DNA of 64,000 nt, from NCBI GenBank assembly GCA_028534125.1, contig CM052818.1:8744001-8808000 (forward strand), given 5' to 3'. This document shows, one piece after another, positions 1 through 13,472 of this stretch. Within the stretch, counting starts at the first letter, position 1, and every line of letters begins with the position of its first letter. Below the pieces are notes generated by a model, which saw nothing but the letters and a program-made list of their open reading frames with translations, was not told where the DNA came from and ran no database searches. Made by a program: the position numbers and the translations under genes. Source of the stretch: Lama glama. Its lineage: Eukaryota.

Positions 1-3000
1 ACTAGCAGGGGCTTGTAAGCCAGAGGGTGACTGGTGGGAGGAGGTGGGAGAAAGATGGAGAGAAAAGGCAGAGGGAAGAAGAGGGACCATCTTACCCACT
101 CCATCATTTCACAGATGAAATGGCCAAAGCCATGTCTTAGGGCTTTATTGATTATAATCAGATCCTCAAGCGCAAAGTGGAACTTATTGAAAGGACTCAG
201 GGAATGAGTTTACTGAACTCGGTAGCAACTGAAGTAGTTACTGAAGGCCTGGAGGGGCCTTTTCAGCTCAAGTGTTTCCCCTGATTACTACGGAGGCATC
301 TCCTTGCCTCCAAATTCATATTTATCTGTAACTCAACAAATACCTTTATGTGACTGCCAGGTGCTAGCTGCTGGGAATAAGACTGTGAGCAAAACCAGAG
401 GTCCCCTTGGCACAATGGGGAGGGGTTGGTTTGGTCTGACTTGTCCTCCTGGGTCATGGTTGGAGTGATCTAAGCCAGACTGAGAAGGCAAAGTGAAAAA
501 CATTCTGAGTGGCATCCTGCATAGGCCAGGGAGGGATGGTGATGTGCTCAAGGTCACACAGGCCTGCAACTTGGGTCTTTTGATGCTGATTTCAGGGCAC
601 ATTCATCTTTGCTCACTTTTTGATGCAAGGGTCAGTAGGTGGAGGGGCCTGAGGTCAGGGGGTCCTAAGGGTGATGTGAGTGTTTGTGAAGACGTGCATC
701 CATGTAGGGCCGGGCCAGGGCTGAGGGCAGGGAGCTGGGCGTGTGGGAGGACGGGGGCCAGTCGGAGGACGGGATTGTTCATGAGGAAGCTGAAGGCAGA
801 AAACACTGAGAATCAGCCATAGGGGGCCAGTTTCAGGCTTCAGTTTCCAGCTCCTGGCTTCTCTGCACCTACAGTACTGTTGGCCCACTGATCTGGCAGC
901 CAGGCTGCACATTTAGGACCTGAACTCCAGGTGTGCATGGTGAGAGGAGGTGGGAGTGAAGAACAGTGGTGTTGGGTGTGGGGACCAGCATGGGACTAGA
1001 AGTGGCCCTGGGCTCTTGTCCTAGCACTCAGGAAAAAACCCTTCCCCTTTCACACCCCAGTCTGCTCACTGAATGCAAACTGAGGTCTGGCTGAGAGGTT
1101 TTCAGTCTGAATCACCCAGAGATGGGGTGCCAGGGGCCTGGAATGGGATTCAAGGACATGCCTGGCTAACAAGTGCCCTCATGTGGCCCTGGGGCATCCC
1201 CAGTCCTGGGCTACACTTGGACCAACAGCAGACTTGGTCATCTCTGGGGTTCCTCACAGTGTTTCCCTGGAAAAGCCAGTATCCTTGGGTCAAGTTGAGG
1301 GGAGGCCACCATCTTGCAGGAGCCCCTGCCTCTTGGTGTGAGGTGGCCCAGCAGGAGAAGGGGCTGGGCTGCCCTCTTTGGCCCAGCAGGACACCTGCCT
1401 CCAGGGAACCAGTAGTCCAGCTTTGGGGAGCTGAGCTGGAGCAGCAGAACCTCTGTGCTGTCTGTTCAGGTCTCCGAGGTCATGTAGACCTCCATCTCCC
1501 CTTCCCCGGGCTGGCCTGGCCTGGACACTTCAAATGCCAAATAGGCCAAAGCTCATTTGAATATACTTGTACGCCAGAGAGCAGAGTTCAGGGCCTGAGC
1601 CCTGGAAGCACTTGGCATTTTCCCAAATTCCAGGTCAACAAATTGAAGAGACCTAATAGGAGTTCAAGGGGCTAGCCAGAGACCGCAGAGCCCAGTTCCT
1701 CTCTGGGAAATCATGTGCTCACCCATTTATAGCTCTGAATCTCCATTTGTCCTGCTGTGAATGGGTCATCAAAAGCTCCATCTGTCCAAGGTTTCTTAGT
1801 CTGTAAAGCTGTCCCCATCCCCTCAGCCAAAATTACCTGTTTTTTTTTTTCCTACAACTTTGCTAGCTGTTTCAGTGCCCATTTCCTACCACAGTTGAAA
1901 GTAGGGACTGTCCCATTTTTATTTTCCTGGGAGCCTGACACATAGCAGGTGTTCATCAAACTGAACACAGAATTGAATGAGGTAAGGGGGTTAGTCTTCC
2001 AGTTCAAAAAGTGAACAAATTATTGTGGTTCATTATTATTTTAGATAAACCACAGATCTAATGTTATAGGTTGCCAGAGTTTATTAAAATAGTCATTTTG
2101 CAAATAATATGCTACATTTCCTGGCAATGGTAACTACTCGTAAATTAGTACCAGGGGTACTTTGGGGCTAAAGGAGCCCCAAAGATGAACTGCACAAAGC
2201 AGGAACGGCAAGTGACACCACTTAACATCTATTTTTTTCTTTTGTCAGCTTCAAATTGAGTGAATAGTATTCTACCTTATAAAACAAAAAAGCACGGGGA
2301 AGGGATTTTTCCCAGGAAGACACACGTCCACAAGAGCTGCACGCACAGCTGGTAATGATGATCGAAGCACGACCTAAGAGTCAGGGGGTTCCTCCTGACT
2401 TGATGGACTCATATTTATCCCACAAAAGACAGAGACAATCAGGATCCTTGGTGCAGGAGTGCCGGTGGACAGGCAAAAAGTAATTCCCAGCTAGGTCTGC
2501 GGTGGCCCCCGGTGGTGACACCAAGTTCTGCAGGTTAACGGTAGGGAGAGGAGGGGGCATCTGCAGCCCACACTAAAATGACTTTCTCTCAGAAAAAGCA
2601 CTATTTATGGAAATAATGATGGGAAAGAAATGCAACATTCAGGACGATGCTTGTTCTTGGGTCCATCTTACAGGCCCTGGGCAGCTTCTTCTGTGAGAAG
2701 TGGATGAAAATGAGAGGAGGTGCTGGCATGGTCTAGGGCTTGGGGGGCTGCCAAGGCCTGGTAACCAGTTTCCAGGAGAGGGATGTAAAGGTGAAATCTT
2801 TAACCCAAAAGTGGGGGTAAGGGGTTTGTGGATAAGAGTAAGCAATGGCCCTGAGACATTTATGACCAAAATGTGGGGACACTGTGGCAGAAGGAAGCCC
2901 TGAAGCTCAATGCCCAAGTCACACTTCGGGGACATCCTGCCCCATGGCTCCCCGTGATCCACTCACCTTAACTACTGAACTGCAGCAAAGGGTGGAAGGA

Positions 3001-4479
3001 CCGCTAGTCTACTTCACAGAGCCTCAGTTCTGCCACCTGTAAGAGGTGTGCCTCAGTCCTTTCTACCCATAGGCTTGTTGTGAGGACCAAGTAAAATCAC
3101 GGCAGGGCCAACAGGTACTTCTCCTGAGACCAGAGCAAATAGTCCCTCATCCTGACTACAAAACAGGTAACGGTCTGCTTTCTGGTGTAGAAAACAGAGG
3201 TGCTATGCAGTTACTCCTAGAACTGAAAGGGGCATGAGTTCCATTTCCCCCGATTTTTAGTATTTTTTAGTTTTATAATTTATCCTCAGGGCCTTGCTTA
3301 AGAACCATTTCATCAGGACCTGAGAAAAATCTAGTACTCAAAAATGTTTATAGCAAGATGATACTTTTCATAATGTTTCCATGACATGTGGGCTGACTGT
3401 GAACGTCCTCTTTTTCCCCCTCTGGTTAGAAACACATGAAAATCCAATTAAGTGACACAGTTTGTTTTGCAAGTTAAGTTCATGTGTAAGGCAGCTTTGG
3501 CATTATTTATGGAAATGAAAAGTCATAGCCCTGTTTTGATTCCTTACAGGAGTCACACGCTGGAAAATGAACGAAGGGAGAACGTGGGTGACTTGGCCAG
3601 GAAGCAGAAACATAGCACCGCATGAACGCCATGTGCCTGTGACCATAGACCAACCTTAGGGGGAAGACCTCTTAACTCTGAGTGACTCTGCCTTAAACCA
3701 AGCTGACAATAAGAAAATTCCAAAGAAACAGCCCCTTAAGCCCAAACTGATGCGGATTTCAGTGACAATAAAGGGGCCACACCAAGGCCCTGCCTCTCCA
3801 CTGCTGCAGCAGACGCTCTGCGAGCAGGCGTGCCCTGGCCTCCCCAGACAGCAGGGAAGGTGAACCCCCTCCTCACAAACCCAGACATGCTGCTCGTTAT
3901 TCACAAGAACAACCCGCTGACTATACCCACTGACTCCCAGTGCTATCTGTGGCATTCTCCCTACTGTCACATCTGAAATCTCTCCCATGAGAGAAGCAAT
4001 TATCCAATTATCCCACCACCTCATGTGTCTGCTTCCTGATCAAGTTCCTTAACCAAGTCACCATGTGGACTATCAACATTCTCATTTTTAACCTGACATC
4101 CTATAAGCACAGAAACCCTACGACCCCAAAATTGTACTTCTAGATATTCATCCGAGAGAAGTGCAGTTGTAGAGTTGTCCATGAATGTCCATAGCAGCTT
4201 TATTCATAATACCTTGTCAATTCTCCCTAAATACTGAAATTAATTTACTTCAAAAACCAGAATTTACTTTCTTCTTGAACTGTCTGTATGATTCCCTATT
4301 GGCAGAGTGTCTGAGATGCTCCTTGGGCCAGGTATAATGTTCACAAAAGTCCAGGAAGCCTAAAGCACTGTCCTGGCCCAGGTTTGCTGCAGACATGAGC
4401 AAGTTGACCAGCTGCTGCAAGAGCCTCTCCAGAAAGCCCAAGTTATCTTGTGTTTTCCACTCAATACATCTTATGTATT

Positions 4480-5170
4480 TGGTGCAGTCATTATGGAAAA
4501 CAGTGTGGGGATTCCTTAAAAAACTAAAAATAGACTTACCATATGATCCAGCAATCCCACTCCTGGGCATATATCCAGAGAAGACTTATTTGAAAAGATG
4601 CATGCACCCCAATGTTCATAGCAGCACTACTTACAATAGCTAAGACATGGAAACAACGTAAATATCCAGTGAAAGATGATTGGATAAAGAAGTTTGGTAT
4701 ATATATACAATGGAATGCTACTCAGCCATAAAAATGAATAAAACAATGCCATTTACAGCAACATGGATGGACTTGGAGACTGTCATACTAAGTGAAGAAA
4801 GCCAGAAAGAGAAAGAAAAATACCATATGATATCTATATGGAATCAAAAACAATGGCACAAATGACTTATTTATAAAACAGAAACAGACTCACAGACAAG
4901 AAAATCAACTTGTGATTACTAGGGGGGAAGGGAGGGATGGAGGGATAAACTGGGAGTTCGAGATTTGCAGATACTACTACATATAAAATAGATAAACAGC
5001 AAGGTCCTACTGTATAGCCCAGGGAAATGTATTCAATACCTTGTAATGGCCTACAATGAAAAAATATGAAAAGGAATATATAGAGAGAATACATGTATGT
5101 ATAACTGAATCACTATTCTGTACACCAAAACTTAACACACTGTAAACCAACTATGCTTCAATTTAAAAAA
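4480..5170 (+). mobile_element. LINE-1 3' fragment (ORF2 C-terminus + 3'UTR), 5'-truncated
   Basis: Translates to [29 protein letters not shown] and WYIYTMECYSAIK...WMDLETVILSE (L1 ORF2 C-terminus); A-rich tail. Confidence 0.95.
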
Positions 5171-5173
5171 TTA

Positions 5174-6060
5174 GTATCAGAGAAATGCAAATCAAAACTA
5201 CAATGAGGTATCACCTTACACCAGTCAGAATGGCCATCATTCCCAAGCCCACAAATGATAAACGCCAGAAAGGCTGTGGAGAAAAGGAAACTCTCCTACA
5301 CTGTTGGCGGGAATGTGTTTGGTGCAGCTGTTATGGAAAACAGTATGGAGATTCCTCAAAAACTAAAAACAGACTTACCATATGATCCAGCAATCCCACT
5401 CCCAGGCACATATCCAGAGAAAACCTTAATTCAAAAAGACTCATGCACCCCAGTGTTCATAGCAGCACGATTTACAATTGCCAAGACATGGAAACAACCT
5501 AAATGTCCATTGACAGATGACTGGATAAAGAAGTTGTGGTATATTTATACAATGGAATACTACTCAGCCATGAAAAATAATAAAATAATGCCATTTGCAG
5601 CAACATGGATGACCCTGGAGAATGTCATTCTAAGTGAAGTAAGCCAGAAAGAGAAAAAAAATACCATATGATATCACTTATATGTGGAATCTAAAAAAAA
5701 AAAAGACAAACTTATTTACAAAACAGAAACAGACTCACAGACATAGAAAACAAACTTATGGTTACCAGGGGGAAGGGGTTGGGAAGGGATAAATTGGGAG
5801 TTTGAGATTTGCAGATACTAATACATGTAAAATAGATAAACAACAAGTTCATACTGTATAGCACTGGGAACTATATTCAATATCTCATAGTAACTTATGG
5901 TGAAGAAGAATATAAAAACAAATATATGTACATTCCTATATGACTGAAGTATTGTGCTGTACACCAGAAATTGACACATTGTAAATTGACTATACTTTAA
6001 TGAAAATATATTTAAAAATTTTTTAAATAAAATAATAAAAGCACAGGCACACAAAAAAAA
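5174..6060 (+). mobile_element. Second LINE-1 3' fragment in head-to-tail tandem
   Basis: [19 protein letters not shown] and [15 protein letters not shown]...[29 protein letters not shown]; 3'UTR and A-rich tail. Confidence 0.95.
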
Positions 6061-7156
6061 ATTTTCTGTGTTTAGTATCAAACTCCATGTGTTCACCATC
6101 TGGCTCATCAGCGCCCAGTTGCTGAGGGGCACTGCACCCAGCTCAGCAGCATCACACACATCACCTCTTGAACTTTATGATGTATTAAGACAGAGGGTTA
6201 TATTATATCCATTTTGCAGATAAGAACACCAATCCCCACAAAGGTGGAGTAATGTGCCCAAGGCCACACAGCTGCTGAATCTTGAGCTGGGATTGAACCT
6301 CCCAGGCGGAATGAACTACTAAGGATGACCTCTGAGCCACACCAAATGGAAGCATGAAGGCCTCCTCCCAGGAGGGTATACATACTGACTGCCGCTCGGT
6401 CAGCTCGGCCAGGCTGTACTTCCTGTCCTGCAGCGTGTGCTCCACACCAGGCCTCCACACACAGGGATGGCCTCACCCACCAGCTGGCACTGATGCCCTC
6501 CTGGGATGCCCAGACTAGGAGCTGGGGTTTTAAAAGCCTTGAGTTCTAACATTTCCACATACTAATTCCTCACAATAGCCCTATGCAGTGGGTTCCGTTA
6601 GCATGCCCCACCCCCTTTAACAGGCAGTAAACAGAGACATAAAGGGGCAAAGAAACCTCCCCTCATCTCCAGCTAGTAAGTGGTAAAATCAGATCTAACA
6701 TCCAGGTCTTTTTCTGACTCCAGATCTAAGCCCTCATCTCTGTGTTCTCAGATGTTAGAGAAATAAGCCATGGGGAAATGCTGGTGTAAGAAATTAAGGT
6801 CTTAGTTCCTTTGCAGTAAAATACACATTTCTGGGTTCAGTGGCAAAGCAGTGAGAGGGCTGGAGGCTGCTGAAGGTAATCCCTGAGGTCAGGCCAGAAA
6901 GAAGTAGGAGAGCAGCCAATAAGATGAAGGCCTTAATCACAGGCTTGGCTCAGAGCCTGTAGCAGAAGCTGGCTGCAGCCCTGTCCTCTGCCCCAGGGCT
7001 AACTCATTCCCACTGGGCCAGCCCAGCCCTCTGCATCCTCACCCTGGCCTTCCAGACATGGGCCCTCTCCCACAGGGAACTGCGGGGACTTCCAGTCAGA
7101 TTAATTTTGGCCAAGAACCTGATGAACTTAGTGAGAAACTCATTCCAAATCTAATA

Positions 7157-7610
7157 CAAATCTTCTTGACTTACGATGAGGTTAGGTCCTGATAAACCCA
7201 CGATAAGTTGAAATATCTTAAGTGGAAAATGCATTTAATACACCTAACCTACACAGCATCACAGTTTAGCCTAGACTACCTTACCTTACACTTATATTTT
7301 CTTACAATGGGGCAAAATCATATAATACAAAGCCGATTTTGTAACAAAGTGTTGACAATCTCACGTAATTTATTGAATACTGTATTAAAGGTGAAAAACA
7401 AATGGTTGCCTGGGCCCAGAATGGGCTGTTAAGTGTATGATGGTGCCGCTGACTGGGGCTGCACCGCCTCTGCCTGCATCACAAGGGCATATCGGGAAAA
7501 GGTCCAAATTCAAAATTCAGGGTCCCGTTTCTACTGAATACATATCATTTCCACACCATTATAAAATCAAAAAATCCTAAATTGAACCATCCCAAAGTCA
7601 GGACGGTCTG
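7157..7610. mobile_element. Tigger-family (MER47/Tigger5-like) non-autonomous DNA transposon
   Basis: Degenerate TIRs caaatcttcttgacttacgatg ... catcccaaagtcaggacggtctg preceded by TA; internal aatacacctaacctac...ttagcctag motif. Confidence 0.8.
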
Positions 7611-7699
7611 TGGGTCACAGTCATCAGGAAGTGCTCCCCTGGGCTTCCAGTGCACAAAAAAGCCCTGCAGCCTGGGAACCTTCTGTCTTTACTCCTCAG

Positions 7700-8260
7700 G
7701 GCGCTGCCACACCCGGGCACACACCCTCTTCCTCTCGGCCAGGCGGACAAGGCCCAGGTGAGGCGGGAGACCCCCACCCCGCCCCGCTCCCAGCCCTCCA
7801 CCAGCGGCTCCCCACCACCACCAAAGGCAGTTCTCTGCCTTGCCTGGGACTAGACGCCAAGTGGGCCAGGGAGAGGCGCGCCAGAGTGAGAAGTGAAAAA
7901 GACACAAACGGCCGCGTGGCCGAGGCCGTGACGCAGCAACACAAACCAAATTAAGGGCGCCTGGGAGAAAGGCCGGGAGGAGTCCCGCCTCTCGGCAGCA
8001 GCCGCCGGGCGGCCCTTTGCGCGGAGGATGCTGACCCCTGCTGGCCGCGCTCGAGGATGCAGCGTAGCTGCTGCCTAGACTGTGACCGTGAATCACCAGC
8101 CGCCTCGCCTCAGAATTGGGGCAGCGGGCCTGGAGGGAAGGTGGGGGGAAGGCAAGGACCAGGAGGATGCGGGCATCAGAGGCCCTGAGTTCTAGTGCTG
8201 CGCCCCACACCATCCCACAACAGTGCTGGCAGCCACCCCGTCCCGCCCCTCCTCCTTCGG
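7700..8260. promoter_or_regulatory. CpG island / candidate promoter
   Basis: GC-rich with dense retained CpG (ggccgcgtggccgaggccgtgacgc, gccgccgggcggccc, ggccgcgctcg) against a CpG-depleted background; GC boxes CCCCGCCCC at ~7777 and CCCGCCCC at ~8242. Confidence 0.7.
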
Positions 8261-8471
8261 CTCTCAGATGCTTTCAACTCCTCATGCTTGTTCTAGGAGG
8301 GGATAAGCAAGGAGGAAGAGGTGAGAGAGCTGCAGTATAAATGGCTCTAGTGTCCCTCCAGGACCTACCTGTGCCTCCAAAAGGCTTCCCCGCTCAGGGT
8401 CTTCCTCCGGACCAGCCAAATTCAAGTCTTGAGCTAGTGAAGCTGCGCTCATTTAGCAGATGGTTACTGAC

Positions 8472-8967
8472 TGTGGTGGGCTGACTAATGGCTCCCCGAG
8501 ATATCCAGGGCCTTATTCCTGGAACCGTAAATGTTACCTTATAAGGCAAAAGGAACGTGGCAGGTGTGACTAAGAGTGTTGAGATGGGGAGATTATCCTA
8601 GATTATTCAGGTGGGTCTTAAATGTTATCACAAGTATCATTGTAAGAGGGAAGGAGAGGGGTGCTTTACTACAGAAGAGAAGGAAAACCATACTACAAAG
8701 GAAGCAGAGAGAGAGATTTGAGATGCTAACTCAGCTCACTTTGAAGGTGGAATCATGGGCCAAAGAATGCAAAAGATGCAGCTCTAAAAACTGGAAAAGA
8801 CAAGGAAATGGATTCTCCCCTGGAGGCTCTGCAGATATGTTGATTTTGGCCTCGTGAAGCTCATGTCAGATTTCTGCTCTCCAGAACTCTCAGAGAATAA
8901 ACGTGTATTGTTTTAAAGCCACCAAATTTGTGGTAATTGGTGCCAGCAGCCATCAGAAATGAACACA
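8472..8967 (+). mobile_element. MaLR LTR (MLT1D/C-like)
   Basis: tgtggtgggctgactaatggctcccc...aatgttaccttata...gattatccta...aataaa...ttttaaagccaccaaatttgtggtaattgg...gaacaca. Confidence 0.85.
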
Positions 8968-9812
8968 GGACCTCCTCTCAAACTCTTGTGCTGGGCACTT
9001 GGGATAAAGCAGTTCATGAACAGGATGGACACCCGCTTCCACCCCCAGAGAAGTTTATAACCTCCCTCTCTTGGGATTTTAAAAAGCAACAACCAAAAAG
9101 TCATTTATCTTTTGTGGTGAAATCTATAACCAATCAGGACCAGGAAGACGCTCAAGATCATTAGTATGAGGGAGGGCAAGGATCATGAAAACCACAAGAA
9201 GATACCACTTCACACCCACTAGGACAGCTATGTTGGGAAAGGCCAACAATGATAAGCCAGGACTTGGAAGAACAAGTCCTCATTTGTTGCAGGTGAGATC
9301 GTAACATGTGTGACCACTTTGGAAAATAGTGATCCAGGCCCAGGTAGTTAAAGAATAAGCTAGCATTTTATCAAAAGCCCAAGCCAGACTTGGAACAAGA
9401 TGAATCTGGTAGCATAAGGACCTGTTGCCAAATTTGCCATATAGATCTCTCAAGAAGACGCTGCATACACACAAAATTAACTTTGGAAAATGCCGACTAT
9501 CCCTTTGTTATGCAAATCTAAATTGCCTAAGAGCTAGCAACCAAAAGCCTTCCCTCTTAGGCATATCAGAAATGAATTCTTGGTCTACTTTTCTGAAGAC
9601 AGAAACTGTTAAGTTTGAGACCATGCATCCAGAGAAGCTCAAAGGCCAGTTTGTATTCCTAACGTGGCCGACTGTAGGCTCAAAGAACTAACACTAGTTT
9701 GCATAAACTATGTAGAAACTATCTTTAGAGCAAAACACACAGATGCCAGATTCCTGAAACTTCAAGACGGCTGCCTCACAGACCCTGTTTTAACCTAGCT
9801 CTTGTCACTGCC

Positions 9813-10174
9813 TGCCGTGGACTGACTGCCTACGAACCCTCCAAATTCAGGTTAAAATCCTAACCCCCACTTGATGATATTAAGTGGCAGAAATGTGGGG
9901 AGGTGATTAGGTCATAAGAGTGGTGTCCTTCTGCATGGGCTTAGTTCCCTTATAAAAGAGACTCAAGAGAGACCCCTCAGCTCCTTCTGCCACGTGAGGT
10001 CACAGCAAGAAGACGGTTGTCTAAGAACAAGCAAGTGGGCTCTCACCAGACACTGAATCTGTCGGCACCTCAGTCTTGGACTTCCCAGCCTCCAGAACCA
10101 TCAGCAACCATTTTTTGCTTATAATTCACCCAGTCTATGATATTCTGTTATAACAGCCCAAATAGACTGAGACA
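9813..10174 (+). mobile_element. MaLR LTR (MLT1A/B-like)
   Basis: ccaaattcaggttaaaatcctaacccc...ccttataaaagagac...ttggacttcccagcctccagaac...cagcccaaatagactgagaca. Confidence 0.85.
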
Positions 10175-10439
10175 CTGCCTTATCTGGACACTTGTGAGGG
10201 CAGGGGAAGAGGAAAAAAACACAGGAAAATTACACATTGTCGGTCACAAGTAAATTTCTAACCATAAGAAACACACACATAAAACCCCAAAGCACTATGC
10301 AACAGCACTGCAAGATCACCCACCCGCCAACTCTGTCGACACGTTATTGTCCATCACCACAGAGCTCCAGGTCAGTTTGACGCTGATTCATATCTGAAAA
10401 CAGCCTCACTATCTAGTCCCTTTTGCCACACTATCTTCC

Positions 10440-10860
10440 AGACTATTCCAAAGGCTCTTCCTCTGTCCTTTTCTCTCTTGCTGGTCTCCATGCCGCTCCT
10501 TGAACACGTCAGAGACAACCCTGCCTCAGGGCCTCAGCACCACCTGGAAGCCTCTTACCCCGATGGCTGGTTCATGTCTCTCTCCCACGTCTTCTCAGTG
10601 ACGTCTTCCCTCACCACCTTTTAAAGACTATAATAACTACCGCCCGCCTCCTTTCTATCCTTCCCTGATTTTTCTCTATGGAATATATCAACTTATCAAC
10701 GAGTAAACTCCATGGGTTTGTCTGTCTCCTGGCAAGAGTGTAAAGTCCATAAGAAAAGGGATATTAGTCTTTTAGGTTCACTATTGAATCCCAAGTGCCC
10801 AGGACAATACGTGATTCACAGAAGGAATATAATGAAATGTAGGACATAAATGGGTGAATT
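10440..10860 (+). mobile_element. L2 3' fragment
   Basis: cctgcctcagggcct...gagtgtaaagtccat...cccaagtgcccaggacaatacgtg; typical L2 3' end motifs. Confidence 0.65.
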
Positions 10861-12609
10861 AATCGCCAACTCTTCCTTGGGCTGGGGGACAAGCATAACT
10901 TTTCCACCATGAAGACTGGGGAGAGGCCTTCTCTCCACGGTAAATGGCGGGCTGGCAGCGGGGGACCTGTAGTTCGCTCAGTCCCGGCTGAAGCAAGCCT
11001 GGCCCTCCAAGCACATAAGTACCGACTGCCATCAGCAGCCAAGAGACCCACCCGTACCTTTGAGAAAGGGCCACCTTTTCTCTACCTCAAGGCTTCCTAG
11101 AGCATCCCAGATGAAGATCCTTAGCTGGTAAGACCGGGAATTAGGCCTGCCCACCCTTTGAGACTATACATGCAGCCGGAAAACGTATGTGACATTCACA
11201 GCATCTTTTCTAGGCATGTTTTAGCAGAGAGAAAAAGAAGACACAACCTAAATACCTCTTGGTAGAGAAATGTTAGCTTTTAAAGAGTCTAAGTCTAGAC
11301 AATATAGTTACAAAACTATACTGTAGACTGTTGAATTCGTTAATTAATTTCTTGTTTAAACTCAAGGCTTTTTCATTAAGTCAGATGCCTGGGTTCGTGT
11401 CTGTATGAAAGTTTCACTCTCACACAAAAATTTAGCACAAGGAGGTGGTTTTTATCCACACTCTTCCTGGGACATCAGTGATATTAGGGGCTCCGGCCAC
11501 AGTTTATCATGTTTTATCAGGTCCTTCTCCCGTTTACTACAAGTGAGGGACGTTGTATCAAGGGCTTGGCTGACACTCTATTTTTAACACTTGATGGGGC
11601 TTTTCCCTTTATTTTGGGCACTTGGACTATAATGGAAATGAATTAGGCTTTTTTTCCCCCCAAATGAAATAACCCCACATTAACACATCTTGAATAAAAT
11701 AACTAAACCTCCAGAACATATACTTTTCCATCCCAATCAGCCTGCCTTCATCATTTGGGGCTGAACTTCCCGAGCTCTGTAAGCAAAAGTAGAGATTGTG
11801 TGCGACCACCTTTGCTCTCTCTTGCAACTGGTCAAGACTCAACACGTTCCTACTGACTGATGCCAGAGGCTGCCTTCAGCCCCGGAGCACAAGGGAATGA
11901 TGCCCCGAAAAGACCCGGTGCAGCGGCATTAGGCAGATACCTGCTGCTTATCTCTGAAGGGATTGTCTTTTTTCTGAACAGAATTCTTCAAGAATAAAAA
12001 TGAAAGGCAACCAGTTCCAGGAAAGAAATGCTAAGTGACGATTATCAATCATTAAAGTCAAGTTTTCCTGAAAAAAAGTATATTTTAAAAAAACCTCATT
12101 GTCTTCTGTTCCCACTTTTGGTTTCACTTGGCTGTTTGCAGCATCTGCTGCAGATGTCCTCTTGAGCTATGAAAGAAAAAGGGAAACTCACGACGCCACG
12201 GCCCGCACCCTCCAGTGTGCACATCCATTTTTCACATGGAGTGTTCATCACTCCATTATGTGCATACGGGTTTGCAGATTTTTAAAACTTGTATCACTCT
12301 AGTCTTTTAGGAGCTGTAAAGGAGTCAGTCATGTAGAAGGTACCATGATTTATTTGACCATATGATTTCAACATTCATATTTCTAATATAATAATATATT
12401 AGAATATTTTAGAGTATAATATTTTAGAATATAATAATATATCCTGTGAGAAATATATTGGCATATGAGTTCAATAAGGAATATCTTTCTGGGATTTCTA
12501 GAAGTTGGATATGTGGGTCTGAGAGCCATTTATTTTGGGCTTTTGATAAGTTTGTGACCCTGTTTTCCAGAAGGTATGTGGCAATTTATAGCCTTAAAAG
12601 CAATGTTTT

Positions 12610-12750
12610 GTAACCACTAACACTTTGTAGCTTGTACCAGGCACTGTTCTAAGCTCTTCCTATGAACTCATTTAATTGTTCTAACAATCTTAGGAGGTAG
12701 GCACTACTATTGTTCCCATTCTATAGACGAAGAGACAAAGGCACAAAACT
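12610..12750 (-). mobile_element. MIR SINE fragment
   Basis: gtaccaggcactgttctaagc...tcatttaattgttctaacaatcttaggaggtaggcactactattgttcccattctatagacgaagagac (MIR core). Confidence 0.75.
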
Positions 12751-12753
12751 TAC

Positions 12754-12854
12754 ACCAGATCTTTTTACAGGAAGAAAATTCGTTTGAGGAAGAATCATTT
12801 TGTCAACTGCAGGTGAACGTTGAGGGGCGCCAGCATTGCCACAATGACTGATGT
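12754..12854 (-). pseudogene. Weak second EGF-like exon relic
   Basis: Acceptor tcttttgctataacag|AC gives (D)ISHCGNAGAPQRSPAVDKMILPQTNFLP, i.e. a phase-1 D-I-x-x-C start. Several later consensus positions are one substitution away (CGT/TGT, ATT/AAT, AAT/TAT). GTAAGT at 12753-12748. Most Cys are lost. Confidence 0.3.
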
Positions 12855-13472
12855 CTGTTATAGCAAAAGATTGTATACATCTGGACTCTGAGGAGATAAG
12901 GAGTGTGAGATGGGTGGTTCTTCCCCAAATCAGCTCAGCGATTTGGCAATAATGCAGTAGTTGTATTCCTAGTCAATTAGGTCTCAGTAAGTGAGAAATA
13001 TTTAGAACTAGAATCTTTGTTAAACTCCCATGTGGACTTTATAGAGCTAAGCAAACAGATTCGGAATGGAGACGTTGTCCAGAACCCTATGAGGGACTCA
13101 TCTGGGACTGAGCCTAGTCACCTAAACAGTCTGACCACCCCCATCATGCCTATGGCCCCCGAGTCGTGTTCCCTGATCCCAGCCAGGTGGACCAGCAAGC
13201 TAGGATGTAGAGGGACGCGTCCCACCTGGGCAAGAGCCAAAGCCAGGAACAGGGGAGAAGAGGGGCGGGGGAAAGGAGAAGGATGAGGGGAGAGGGAGAA
13301 AATGAGAATGTGCAGGGGTGGGGACTCCCACCAGGGACTGCTGACCTTGACACCAGAAGGGTCAGTGGGCACACAGCTACATGGTTCAGTCCTCAGCTTA
13401 CCTCCTGCTTAATTTCTCTCCCCACAGATTTTAACACTTTGGAGGAGTCCCTGCTTAAAGACTCTTTCAGTA

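Noticed and set aside
1073..1675. 200-aa ATG-initiated ORF
   Set aside because: No recognisable domain or convincing splice context; composition typical of chance ORFs in GC-rich, CpG-depleted DNA.
2495..2520. CTCF-like motif (tcaccaccgggggccacc)
   Set aside because: Mismatches at core positions; not supportable without ChIP or PWM scoring.
5255..5671. 138-aa ORF as a host gene
   Set aside because: It is the frameshifted C-terminus of L1 ORF2 in a 5'-truncated element.
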